In this document: piece by piece, positions 1 to 11,623 of the stretch | Layout: each line of letters opens with the position of its first letter | Position numbering within the stretch: the first letter of the stretch is position 1 | DNA from: Phyllobates terribilis | Lineage: Eukaryota | NCBI RefSeq assembly: GCF_046119375.1 | Contig: NW_027362765.1 | Span: forward strand, 568,912,001-568,976,000 | Reading direction: 5' to 3' | Length of the DNA stretch: 64,000 bases | Program-made: the position numbers and the translations under genes | The notes under the pieces: generated by a model | Seen by the model: the letters and a program-made list of their open reading frames with translations, nothing else | Databases searched by the model: none | Told to the model about the DNA's origin: nothing

Positions 1-174
1 AGAGGTCAGAAGACTTAGCAAAACTAACAGAGAATGGTAACAGAGCACCAAGCTAGCTCAAGAGTAGTAATACAATGAAGTCCAGCAAGGCCAGGAGGGC
101 GGAGCCGGATTAAATAGGCAAAAAAGGTCATGTGACCAGCAAACTAGAAAAAAACCAACAGGAGAGTTCTAACA
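1..174 (-). mobile_element. Probable 5' end of another LTR, truncated by the window edge
   Basis: The minus strand begins TGTTAGAACTCTCC at 174 (TG start). A TATTTAA-like box lies at ~111-117 on the minus strand. No partner LTR or TSD is visible. Confidence 0.4.
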
Positions 175-399
175 GTCTCCACTGCTTGGCTGCTGTAATG
201 CACAGGCCCGGACTGACTGGCGTGTGCGTGTTTAGTGGTTCCACTGTGCCATGAACCGGAGAGTGCCTGGAGGGGCGTAACTAAGTATCTGCTCGATCCG
301 ACCAAGGTCGCACGACGGCATACGATGCCAGTGCACCAGGGAGGAACCGAGCAGAGGGACCAGGGTCTACTCCAGATGCGGTAATCAAACAGAGTAAAG

Positions 400-1545
400 T
401 GAAACCGCAGGTGCGGTAGACAAGGCTGAGCAGAGCGAAACCGCAGACGCGGAAGAGAGGGCTGAGCAGATGCAAACCACAGACGCGGTGGACAAAGCTG
501 AGCAGAGCAAAACCTCAGACGCGGTAGACAAGGCTGAGCAGAGCGAAACCGCAGACGCGGTAGACAAGGCTGAGCAAAGCGAAACCGCAGATGCGGTAGA
601 CAAGGCTGAGCAGAGCGAAACCGCAGACGCGGTAGACAAGGCTGAGCAGAGCAAAACCGCAGACACGGTAGACAAGGCTGAACAAAGCAAAACCGCAGAC
701 GCGGTAGACAATGGTGAGCAGAGCAAAACCGCAGACGCGGTAGACAAGGCTGAGCAGAGCAAAACCACAGACGCGGAAGAGAGGGCTGAGCAGAGTGAAA
801 CCACAGACGCGGTGGACAAAGCTGAGCAGAGCGAAACCGCAGACGCGGTAGACAAGGCTGAGCACAGCGAAACCGCAGACTCGGAAGAGAGGGCTGAGCA
901 GAGTGAAACCACAGACGCGGTAGACAAGGCTGAGCAGAGCGAAACCGCAGACGCGGAAGAGAGGGCTGAGCAGAGTGAAACCACAGACGCGGTGGACAAA
1001 GCTGAGCAGAGCAAAACCGCAGATGCGGTAGACAAGGCTGAGCAGAGCGAAACCGCAGACGCGGTGGACAAGGCTGAGCAGAGCGAAACAGCAGACACGG
1101 TGGACAAGGCTGAGCAGAGCGAAACCACAGACGCGGTGGACAGGGCTGAGAAGAGCGAAATCGCAGACGCGGTCGACAGGGCTGAGCAGAGCGAAACCGC
1201 AGACGCGGTGGACAGGGCTGAGCAGAGTGAAACCGCAGATGCAGTGGACAAGGCTGAGCAGAGCGAAACCACAGACGCGGTAGACAAGGCTGAGCAGAGC
1301 GAAACCACAGACGTGGTAGACAAGGCTGAGCAGAGCGAAACAGCAGATGCGGTGGACAAGGCTGAGCAAAGCAAAACCGCAGACGCGGTGGACAAGGCTG
1401 AGCAGAGCAAAACCGCAGACGCGGTAGACAAGGCTGAGCAGAGCAAAACAGCAGACGCGGTGGACAAGTCTGAGCAAAGCGAAACCGCAGACGCGGTGGA
1501 CAGGGCTGAGCAAAGCGAAACCACAGACGCGGTGAACAGGGCTCC
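400..1545. repeat. 36-bp minisatellite inside the 3' LTR (~31 units)
   Basis: Unit GACAAGGCTGAGCAGAGCGAAACCGCAGACGCGGTA. It explains the 12-aa periodic ORFs in the track (DKAEQSETADAV etc.). Confidence 0.95.
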
Positions 1546-1717
1546 GATAAATCGCCGAAGAGGTAAGCAAAGACAAAGCAAAGGGGACAGAGCTCTGTTA
1601 ACATGGAACAGACTGGAAAAGAAAGGCTGAACCAGATACACACAAGGTACTTGCAAAGAAGTAGCGAAAGGACTCCAACTCACAAACGGAAGTACAATGA
1701 CAACGAGTAGAAGTTAG

Positions 1718-2090
1718 GTGCAGGTTCAGACTCTACAGAAAAAGGGAGCAAATGGACATAAAGACAAAACAGGCAAGAAGCTAGGAGACAGTTCAGACAA
1801 GAACAGTTACTGCAACAAAATGCAGGAATGAGCCTAGGTAAAGCCAAGTGCTGGTTCAGACACTGCAGAAAAAGGGAACAAACGGACATAAAGACAAAAC
1901 AGGTAAGAAGCTAGGAGACAGTTCAGACAAGAACAGTTACTGCAACAAAATGCAGGAACGAGCCTAGGTAAAGCCAAGTGCTGGTTCAGACACTGCAGAA
2001 AAAGGGAACAAACGGACATAAAGACAAAACAGGTAGGAAGCTAGGAGACAGTTCAGACAGGAACTGTACTGCAACAAAATACAGGAGCGA
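1718..2090. repeat. 130-bp unit, about 3 copies, inside the LTR (also at ~5557-5930)
   Basis: GAACAGTTACTGCAACAAAATGCAGG recurs at 1801 and 1931, and the same triplication is in the other LTR. Confidence 0.85.
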
Positions 2091-2555
2091 GTCTGGGTAT
2101 GCGGCCCCCAGAGGGCAAGACGAACAGGCTAGGAGCGTGTTCAGACAGGCCTGGAAATACAGCCTCCAGGAAGGCAGACAGACAGCTGGCTAGAGCACAC
2201 AGACAGGACACAGTTCAGACACGGGAACTGATACCGCAAGGCAGGAAACATAGACAGGACCTGGCACATCAGTGACAAGAAGCCAACTGACAGAACAAGA
2301 TGCTCTGGCCAGGATTCCAAGGAGGAGCTGGGTTAAATACCAGGTGACAGACAGCAATAGGCTGAGGACACATCAGGGGAGTGTCAGCAGCAGCTACAAG
2401 AAACAGGAAGTTCAGCGGGCGTCGCCCTAAACAGCAAGAGCAAAGCAAACCAGACTACATGGAAAGAAGCCAGAGTGGCAGTCTGGACTGGAGATCAAGT
2501 GCGCGCTCTTGCACAGTGGGAGATGGACCACTATGCAAGGACGCCGCCACGTATG

Positions 2556-4055
2556 TTACAGTACCCCCCCCTTACGCCCCCTCTTCTTCAGACCTGCCAG
2601 AATCTTCCGCAGGGAATTTGAGGACCAATCCTGCTCCTCAAGGAGATTACTTCTACTGTCCACAGGAAGAAACAAAACTGGTCTCATCTGTGTAGCTAGG
2701 ATATTACCTCCTGTCCAGCCATCTTCAGCACCAGACGAAACGGGTGGAGTATCAGGAACAGCACACAAGAAAGTCTCTCTCCACCTGTTATCAGGTAGCA
2801 CCCCAGAGGGTTCAGGAGACAACTGGAAGTCCTCCGCTGGGTTGGAGGGGTGCAGAGACTCGGAGGTAACCTCTGTTTCGGGGTACATCTTGTCAAGCTC
2901 ACAGGATGAAATGGGCGAGGTATCAGGTACAAGGTGTAGAAAAGTCACTCTCCCTTTGTTACCTGGTGGTACCCTCGAGGATTCAGGAAACAACTGGAGG
3001 TCCTCCGCCGGGTCGGAGGAATGCAGAGACTCAGGGATAACCTCTGCTTTGGAGTACACTAGATCGGACACACTGGACGAAGCGAGCGAGGTATTAGGTG
3101 CAGAGTATAGGAAAGTCTCTGTCCATTCGCTACCAGGTAGCACCCCGAAGGGTTCAGGAGACAACTGGAGGTCCTCCGCCTGGTCGGAGGGGTGTAGAGA
3201 CTCGGGGGAAACCTCTGCTTCGGAGTACACTAGGTCGGACTCACTGGACGAAGCGGGCAAGTTATTAGATACCGGGTGCAGGAAGTCCTCCTGTGTGGAT
3301 TCTGGGTGGGCAGCAGTCTCTTCGGGCAGGAGAACTGGTGCGCTACCCACGCACATTACCCGTCAGGGCTGCTCCGGGATACTGGGAAGTGAAGCTTCAG
3401 CAGGGACTTCAAGGTTGGGGTCAGGAGGTCGTTCGGAGGACAGACCCTGGCGTGACAGCTTGCCTCTACGCCTAGCACGTCTGGACTGCCTCTTGAGGTT
3501 GGGAGAAGTATTCCGGAGAGCGTAGTCATCCTGTGGGGATTCTGGGTGGGCAGTAGTCTCATCGGGCAGGAGTACTAGTGCACTACCCACACACATTACC
3601 CATCGGGGCTGCTCCGGGATATTGGGAAGTGAAGCTTCAGCAGGAGCCTCCGGGTTAGGGTCATCAAAGACCATTAGAAAGGCCACCAGGAAGGCCATTA
3701 TGTCCAGGACGATAGGATCCTGTGCATCCCATAGGGGGTGATCCACTTCAAGGCATCACCCGCTAGGTAAGACTTCATGAATCCCACCTTAACCCGATCG
3801 GTGGGAAAACAAAGAGGGTAGAACTTGAAGTGTAGCATGCATTGCTCCACAAATGCACGACTCAGTCTTGGATCCCCATAGTACCGTGGCGGATCCGTAG
3901 GAACGAGTGCAGAAAGCTCCATCTGGATGGGTGCGTAATTCGCCTGGAATTCAGCTTGCAGCAAAAAAAAATAAATAAATACATTTCTTCCAGATACAAG
4001 TATTCGCTGAAAAAGGTCTCAGAGGGCGAAGGCCGTGGGGCTCAACGGGAACCAT
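2556..4055 (-). pseudogene. Frameshifted retrotransposon Gag (PEG10/RTL/sushi-type capsid region) followed by degenerate 240-bp and 180-bp internal repeats
   Basis: PPRYYGDPRLSRAFVEQCMLHF..FPTDRVKVGFMKSYLAGDALKW, then in another frame PLWDAQDPIVLDI.AFL..F..VFDDP, matches the Gag motif pattern P..F.GDP..C..F..QC..HF..FP.DR.KV.F..S.L.G.AL.W. At least two frameshifts are present. Confidence 0.8.
2561..2575 (-). other. Polypurine tract
   Basis: The minus strand reads ...GTAAGGGGGGGGTAC immediately before the TGTAACA start of the 3' LTR. Confidence 0.85.
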
Positions 4056-4066
4056 GGCCTGAGCAT
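4055..4066 (-). other. Non-tRNA primer-binding site (self-priming type)
   Basis: Minus-strand ATGCTCAGGCCA lies 2 nt after the 5' LTR. It is complementary to TGGCCAGA(G/T)CAT, found 28 nt downstream of the LTR TATA box (11/12 in the 3' LTR copy, 10/12 in the 5' LTR copy). Confidence 0.7.
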
Positions 4067-4384
4067 GCTGTAATGCACACGCCCGGACTGACTGGCGTGT
4101 GCGTGTTTAGTGGTTCCACTGTGCCATGAACCGGAGAGTGCCTGGAGGGGCGTAACTAAGTATCTGCTCTATCCGACCAAGGTCGCATGACGGCATACGA
4201 TGCCAGTGCACCAGGGAGGAAACGAGCAGTGGGACCAGGGTCTACTCCAGGTCAGACTCCGGACACGACTGTTGACCCACACTGGGGAATACAGGAACAG
4301 GCAGGCTAGAGCGCAGGCTGGGTAGGGTCCATTACAGACTCAAAGACGAGTTCAGAGCCGCAGATGTGGTAATCAGAGTAAAGC

Positions 4385-5385
4385 GAATCCGCAGGTGCGG
4401 TAGACAAGGCTGAGCAGAGCAAAACCGCAGACGCGGTAGACAGGGCTGAGCAGAGCGAAACCGCAGACGCGGTAGACAGGGCTGAGCAGAGCGAAACCGC
4501 AGACGTGGTAGACAGGGCTGAGCAGAGCAAAACCGCAGATGCGGTAGACAAGGCTGAGCAGAGCAGAACCGCAGACGCGGTAGACAAGGCTGAGTAGAGC
4601 GAAACCGCAGACGCGGTAGACAAAGCAGAGCAGAGCAAAACCGCAGACGCGGTAGACAAGGCTGAGCAGAGCGAAACCGCAGACGCGGTGGACAAGGCTG
4701 AGCAGAGCGAAACCGCAGACTCGGTGGACAAGGCTGAGCAGAGCAAAACTGCAGACGCGGTAGACAAGGCTGAGCAGAGCAAAACCACAGACGCGGTGGA
4801 CAAGGCTGAACAAAGCGAAACCGCAGACGCGGTGGACAGGGCTGAGCAAAGCGAAACTGCAGACGCGGTGGACAGGCCTGAGCAAAGCGAAACAGCAGAC
4901 GCGGTGGACAGGGCTGAGCAAAACGAAACCGCAGACGCGGTGGACAAGGCTGAGCAGAGCGAATCCGCAGACGCGGTGGACAGGGCTGAACAGAGCGAAA
5001 CCACAGACGTGGTGGACAGCGCTGAGCAGAGCGAAACCGCAGACGCGGTGGACAGGGCTGAGCAGAGCGAAACAGCAGACGCGGTAGACAAGGCTGAGCA
5101 GAGCGAAACCCCAGACGCGGTGGACAAGGCTGAGCAAAGCAAAACCGCAGACGCGGTGGACAAGGCTGAGCAGAGCGAAACAGCAGACGCGGTAGACAAG
5201 GCTGAGCAGAGCGAAACCCCAGACGCGGTGGACAAGGCTGAGCAAAGCAAAACCGCAGACGCGGTGGACAAGGCTGAGCAGAGCAAAACCGCAGACGCGG
5301 TAGACCAGGCTGAGCAGAGCAAAAGCGCAGACGCGGTAGACAAGGCTGAGCAAAGCGAAACCGCAGACGCGTTGGACAGGGCTGC
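4385..5385. repeat. 36-bp minisatellite inside the 5' LTR (~28 units)
   Basis: Same unit as 400-1545 but with a different copy number and order of variants. Confidence 0.95.
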
Positions 5386-6171
5386 GATAAATCGCCGAAG
5401 AGGTAAGCAAAGACAAAGCAAAGGGGACAGAGCTCTGTTCACATGGAACAGACTGGAAAAGAAAGGCAGAACCAGATACACACAAGGTACTTGCAAAGAA
5501 GTAGCGAAAGGACTCCAACTCACAAACGGAAGTACAATGACAACGAGTAGAAGTTAAGTGCAGGTTCAGACTCTACAGAAAAAGGGAGCAAACGGACATA
5601 AAAACAAAACAGGTAAGAAGCTAGGAGACAGTTCAGACAAGAACAGTTACTGCAACAAAATGCAGGAACGAGCCTAGGTAAAGCCAAGTGCTGGTTCAGA
5701 CACTGCAGAAAAAGGGAACAAACGGACATAAAGACAAAACAAGTAAGAAGCTAGGAGACAGTTCAGACAAGAACAGTTACTGCAACAAAATGCAGGAACG
5801 AGCCTAGGTAAAGCCAAGTGCTGGTTCAGACACTGCAGAAAAAGGGAACAAACGGACATAAAGACAAAACAGGTAGGAAGCTAGGAGACAGTTCAGACAG
5901 GAACTGTACTGCACCAAATACAGAAGCGAGTCTGGGTATGCGGCCCCCAGAGGGCGAGACAAACAGGCTAGGAGCGTGTTCAGACAGGCCTGGAAATACA
6001 GCCTCCAGGAAGACAGACAGACAGCTGGCTAGAGTACACAGACAGGACACAGTTCAGACACGGGAACTGATACCGCAAGGCAGGAAACATAGGCAGGACC
6101 TGGCACATCAGTGACAAGAAGCCAACTGACAGAACAAGATGATCTGGCCAGGATTCCAAGGAGGAGCTGGG

Positions 6172-6178
6172 TTAAATA
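6172..6178 (-). promoter_or_regulatory. LTR TATA-like box (TATTTAA); equivalent at 2333-2339
   Basis: Same position in both LTRs, 28 nt upstream of the PBS-complementary 12-mer. Confidence 0.6.
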
Positions 6179-7621
6179 CCAGGTGACAGACAGCAATAGG
6201 CTGAAGACGCATCAGGGGAGTGTCAGCAGCAGCTACAAGAAACAGCAAGTTCAGCGGGCGTCGCCCTAAACAGCAAGAGCAAAGCAAAGCAGACAACATG
6301 GAAAGAAGCCAGAGTGGCAGTCTGGACTGGAGATCAAGTGCGCGCTCTTGCACAGTGGGAGATGGACCACTATGCAAGGACGCCACCAGGTATGTTACAG
6401 CTGCCATTAAAGGTCTAAATAATAAGAGAATAATTACATGGCCCTCATCTTTTTACTTGCACTGGTATCGCCATGGGCACTTTTTGCACTTTAGCACAAT
6501 TTTGTGAATTTGTTTCTTGATATTTTAACCCTCTATATGTGTTTACATATGCATGGGTGCTCTTTTTACTATCAGTCATTAAAAGTTATATTTTACTTTT
6601 ACCTTCTTTGCTGCATATATATTTTGATTGTTAGAGAGTTGTCTGGTTATGATTTGATTGTCACACCCAGATGACTTATAGTAATGACCCAAATAATAGA
6701 CGTGAGTGGATCAATCCATGGAAGATCAAATTAAAATCTGTGGTTCCATTCTCAAAAAATATGCCCGATGCAATTTCATATATGCTGCACATTCAGTGAG
6801 TGGGCTAATGGTGTCAGGCATTGCCACTCAGGCTTCACCATAATGCCCTTCAGCAATTCAGGTGTTATTACAGACAGTATAAAACATAAGAGCTGGCCAA
6901 CAAACACCATTTTATACTTGTACTGTGTAGGAATAGGTGCTCCAAGCACTCAGCATAGGGACAGAAAAAGGCCTAATGCAATTTTGGTATACTACTACAG
7001 TGCTGATGTAGAAGATTGAAAATGGGATTGATAGTCTCAGTCTGTGAATAGAATTACAAGAATCAAGTGATATACAAAGAACTGTTGAAGCAGTCTCAGT
7101 CATCATACATCAGTGATATACAGCAGCAGCACTTTAACGACTGTTTTTTTTCATACAGTGCAAAAAAGCAAGGGAAGTATTTAACCATTCATTAGAAATT
7201 TTTCAACTAAATCCAAATTCTGAATTTAAGGCTTGTTTCTGTTTGAAAGTAACGGTGTAATTCCTGTATTTTGAGGTTTTGGCAATTTTTTGAAGAGAAA
7301 TCTTCTTAATCTTGAAACTTAAATACAAGTGTTTACCTACCAAAGTGTGCAAAATATTTAAACCAATTTTTTGAGCCCTCTTCATTGCTCCAATAGTCTA
7401 TTTATTATTATTATTATTGACCTAAGTTTTCTAAAAAAGCGACAATAAGAAGTTGACTAGTTGCTCTTAGCAAATGTAAGTACCACGAACTAAGAGAAAA
7501 ACAAAATGAAAAAATACACTGTAATAAGTAAGTGATTAGTAATAGACAGCTCATGTAAATAAAATAGGATACTTAGTAGGGATTAGCGACCACGAACTGT
7601 AAAGTTCAGGGTCCATACGGG

Positions 7622-8797
7622 CAGGGCCGGCATCATCACCCCATGCACCCATGCAAGTGCCGAGGCCCTGAGCCAGTGAGGGGTCCACTTGCCTTCGGGG
7701 ACACTGGCACGCTATTGAGCCGTGAGTCGGGAGTGCGGTGCCAGCGCCTGCGAGTGGCCCCCCACTTGCTCAGGGCCCCTGCACTTGAAATACTTGTGAC
7801 GTCTCATGGCACAGGGTGTGATGACATCACTACAGCATGCCCTCTGCTGTGAGTGTCACAGGGCAGAGAGCGGGAAGATGGTGACACTGAGGAGTCCGGA
7901 GCTGCAGCCAGCAAGGAATAAGGAGAGGTAAGTAATTGATTTTTTTTCCTGTATGGAGAATTATATGGAGCACATATTGTAGGGAGCATTATATTGGGCC
8001 CATTATGTATGGAGCATTATATGGGACCCATTATGTAGGGTGCATTATATGGAGGCCATCATGTATGGAGCACTAAAAGGGGCCCATCATGTATGGAGCA
8101 TTATATGGGGCCTATTATGTATGGAGCAATATATGGGGTCCATTTTTCTATATAGAGCAATATATGGGGTCAATTATTCTGTATGGAGCATTATGTTGGG
8201 CCCATTATTCTGTATGGAGCATTATATGGGGTCCATTATTCTTTTGGGAGCATTATATGTGGAGCCCATTACTTTGTATGAAGCATTATCTGGGGTCCAT
8301 TATTCTGTATGGAGCATTATATGGGGGCTCATTATTCTGTATGGAGCATTGTATGGGACCCATTATATTGTACTGAGCATTATATGGGGGTCCATTATTC
8401 TATATGCAGCATTATATGCGGTCCATTATTCTGTATGGAGTATTATATGGGGGCTCATTATTCTGTATGGAGGACTATGTGGTGCCCATAATACTCAATA
8501 GAGAACAATGTGGTGCCCATAACCCTGTATGAAGGACTTTATTGTCCGGTCCAAAATGAAAACTTTAGAATCCCCCAGGACACGTACTGTGTACTGCGAG
8601 GATTCGCCGGTTTCTGAGCTATTGTAGAATTTAAAATAGATATCACTCATGTAATGTAGGAAGTAAGTGAAACCTTTGGCATTGTACTATACCTATAGTT
8701 CTCTGCCGTATCTGTGCATCATGAATCGTGGTATGTGTTAAAGGAGCCCACTGAGACTCTTTCGCCCGGGGCCCATGAAAACCTGGTGCCGGCCCTG
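7622..8797. mobile_element. Non-autonomous hAT-type element with an internal ~31-bp minisatellite (~7960-8525)
   Basis: TIRs CAGGGCCGGC / GCCGGCCCTG. 8-bp TSD CATACGGG (7614-7621) versus CATACCGG (8798-8805), 7/8 match. Unit ~GGGGCCCATTATTCTGTATGGAGCATTATAT. Confidence 0.85.
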
Positions 8798-9639
8798 CAT
8801 ACCGGACACCTAGTGTCTGATACCGAACCCCAACTTTAACAGGATGTTTGGTTTGCTGTTTTGGTTCAGATGCCTAATAAAGTTTTTTGAAAGGCTGCAG
8901 CACAGCGAATCAACAAGCTTTTAGGCTGTGGGCACTTCTGGAGCCATCACAGGCATGCCCAGCCGGCCTGTATAAATGCCGGATCACGAATGCCGCTGCC
9001 ATTGTGCTCTAATTAGTTTAGGGACAGGATGCAGCTGGAGTGAGGGACAGAATTAGACTGTGCACTCTGCATAAAAGCTGCTGTGTGTAGTCTTCACATG
9101 TCTCAGTGGGAGTACTGTGCCAAAAAGCTGCTGTGTGTACTCTGCACCCCGGTCTGTGAAAGTAATCTGCCTTTAAGCCTCTGTTTGTACTCTGCAACCC
9201 AGCTTGTGGAAGTACTGTGCCTTTAAGCCTCTGTGTGTAGTCTGCACCCCTGCTTGTGGGAGTACTATGCCTTTAAGCCTCTGTGTATACTCTGCTACCC
9301 TGCCTTTGGAAGTACTGTTCCAAAAGCCTCTGTGTACTCTGCAGCCATGTCTGTACGAGTAGTGTGCCCCAAATTTTTTTTCTACTTTGCAGCCATCGTT
9401 TTGTTAGTAGTATGCCTAAAAAAAATTCAAGTATGCAGCTGTCTCTTTCCCATGTGTGGACCGAAGAAGTTATTTTATTCTACCACTGTGTTTATATAAG
9501 TAGTGTTTCTAAAAGATTATTCTACTATGCAGCCGTCTCTTTCCCATTGTCCTCATTTGTGCCTTGCTAACCATCTCTTCCAAAGTGGTGCCAGTGCCCC
9601 ACCTGTGTTGGTGACTTCATCCTCCTCTGCCTTGTGCTT

Positions 9640-11118
9640 CTAATGAGCTCTCGCTGTCAGATGAGGACGCCATCAGTATTGCATCTACCAGCGTGTGCTT
9701 GTATTCCCGCATTTTCCGATCTCGCTCTAGTTATGGAAATAAGGATGGCACATTGTGCTTCTAGTGGGAATCAAGCATGGTGGGCACACAGTAATCAGGA
9801 CTTGTACCAATCTTGGAACGTCGGCAGTCGTTGCGCAGGCACAGCAGCATGTATTTCCCCCTGTGTGCCAGGCTGCCCGGAGGCAACAACAAGCTGTCTT
9901 TTGTGGGAGTTGTATCATCTGGGTCCTCTGTATCGTCTGTATCCTTTTCTATCCATCCAGCCACGCTTCAGTGATTGATGCCCGAGAGCTGCTTTGAATG
10001 GCACCCTGCTGTGAGCACGGTTGTTCCTCATCCTCCTCCTCCTCTTTATCCTCCAAAACTGTCCCCTGGTTGGATGTTTGTGTACCTGGCCGCTGTTGGT
10101 ACAGGAACCCATCCTCCAAGACATGTGTGGATGCCTGGCACGATAATGGAGTGAATGTTTCCTGCTCCTCCTACTCTTGCTCCTCTACTACCACATCATC
10201 CATCATTGCCTGAAGCTTTTTTCTTTCTAGGAGGCATAGAAGTGGGATAGTAACGCTGATCATCAGTGCTGCACATGTTCGTGGAGTACTCGAAACAGCG
10301 CAACACAGGACACACATCCAGTATGGAGTCCCACGCGTTGGTCGTGAAGTGGTGGTGTACAACTGAGTAACTCACCTGTGTGTGTTGAAGCTCAAACTCC
10401 AGTATTGCCTGGTGCTACTCACACAGTGTCTCCAGCATGTGCAAGGTGGAGTTCCACCTTGTTGGTCTATCACATATGGAAGGCAGAAGTGAAGCTGCAG
10501 CACAGACAGGCGAGCAGCAGCAGGGTGAGAATGCCGAAAGCACGCACAGACAGACTGCACTTTCAGCAGAAACTCTGACGTTTCTGTATAAATAGGGAAG
10601 CCCTGCACTTCCAAATTCAGCACATGCACTAGGCAAGGGATGTGTGTCCAGAGCTTCTATGAGATTTCGCCTGTTATCGCACACCACCAGGCCGGGCTTG
10701 AGGTTTATCGGCACTAAATCACACATCTGTCTGTTTGATCCCCCATCCACAGCTCCTGTGCGGTGTTCGATTTTTCCCACAAACAGATAAGTTTCAGAAC
10801 AATATGCTGTAGTTTACCCCGGGCTTTGCTGAAATTGGTGGTGCAGATGTAATGCTGATCGGATAAGGAGGCGTTGGAGGAAGCGGAAAAGGAGGAGGAG
10901 GCGGCAATATGGACAGAGAAACATTCAAAAAACATACAGTAATCCTCTGTGTTGGCAAGGACATGCATAAGGAGGCGTTAGAGGAAGCGGAAAAGGAGGA
11001 GGAGGCAATATGGACAGAGAAACATTCAAAAAACATTCAGTAATCCTCTGTGTTGGCAATGACATGCACCAAAATGCTCAGGCCCAGCTGCCGCAACATT
11101 TACCAGGCAGTTAGAGAG
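9640..11118 (-). pseudogene. Degraded hAT transposase, C-terminal part of the older element
   Basis: Fragmentary frames give LVVCDNRRNL, HVLNL.VQ.F, FRHSHPAAARL and PTRWNSTLHML, collinear with the 1233-aa transposase. Many stops and frameshifts. Confidence 0.85.
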
Positions 11119-11623
11119 TAGTGTTGAGCCACCCCCGTAGTGTTCGAGTTCGGTTCGGTTCGTCGAACACCCGTGTGTTCGCCGAACTGTTCGTCGAACT
11201 GTTCGTCGAACACCTTCGAACACCGTTAAAACCAATGGCAGGCAAACAAAAACACATAGAAACACATAGAAAACACCTTCAAAGGTGTCCAAAAGCTGAC
11301 AAACTGCTCAGAAGACACAACTAACACATGGAAAAGTGACAAGTACATATAGTCATGCGAAAAGAAAAGAGGTGGATGAGTAAAAGGAGGGGGAGACACA
11401 GATATAGGCATGTCATGCCCTTCTAAAATCCAAAAAGTGAGAAGCCGACACGGCCAGTCCGCTCCTGCCCGTGCCACCTCCGTGTCGCCAGGTTTGTGCC
11501 AGAGGCGCGGTGAACCCTGACGGCCAGCCCCCCTCTCTCAATACTGGTGCCTGTCCGCTGGTGGGTCGAGCGAGCCCCCCTGTGGTGGAGGCAGCTCTAA
11601 GCTTTTTAATTTAAATTGTCTCT

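Larger units (their letters stand above)
194..2560 (-). repeat. 3' LTR (2367 bp)
   Basis: Direct repeat of 4069-6399, with 7 mismatches counted in the terminal 220 bp. It lacks a ~110-bp segment present in the other LTR (~4246-4360). Confidence 0.93.
194..6399 (-). mobile_element. Complete non-autonomous (Gag-only) Ty3/Gypsy LTR retroelement, Tf1/sushi-like
   Basis: Two long direct repeats (194-2560, 4069-6399) read TGTAACA...ATTACA on the minus strand. Identical 5-bp TSD GCTGC at 189-193 and 6400-6404. A PPT lies next to the 3' LTR. The 1508-bp interior has only a gag remnant; no RT, RNase H or integrase motifs were seen. Confidence 0.93.
4069..6399 (-). repeat. 5' LTR (2331 bp)
   Basis: Direct repeat of 194-2560 with TG...CA termini. 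Confidence 0.93.
7577..11118 (-). mobile_element. Left (3') portion of an older hAT DNA transposon
   Basis: Terminus TAGGGATTAGCGACCACGAACTGTAAAGTTC at 7577, interrupted by a MITE. It is followed by subterminal repeats and a degraded transposase C-terminal half. Confidence 0.65.

Noticed and set aside
400-1545. 36-bp repeat resembling a CRISPR repeat length
   Set aside because: The units are head-to-tail with no unique spacers, there are no cas genes, and the context is eukaryotic.
144-1683. Long ORFs (353-499 aa) on both strands with Cys/Arg/Ala/Ser repeats, also at 4306-5557
   Set aside because: They arise from a stop-poor 36-bp minisatellite inside LTRs, open in several frames at once, with non-ATG starts or no credible context.
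8040-8501. Tyr/Gly/Trp-rich ORFs
   Set aside because: They are translations of a ~31-bp minisatellite in a hAT MITE and are not frame-preserving.
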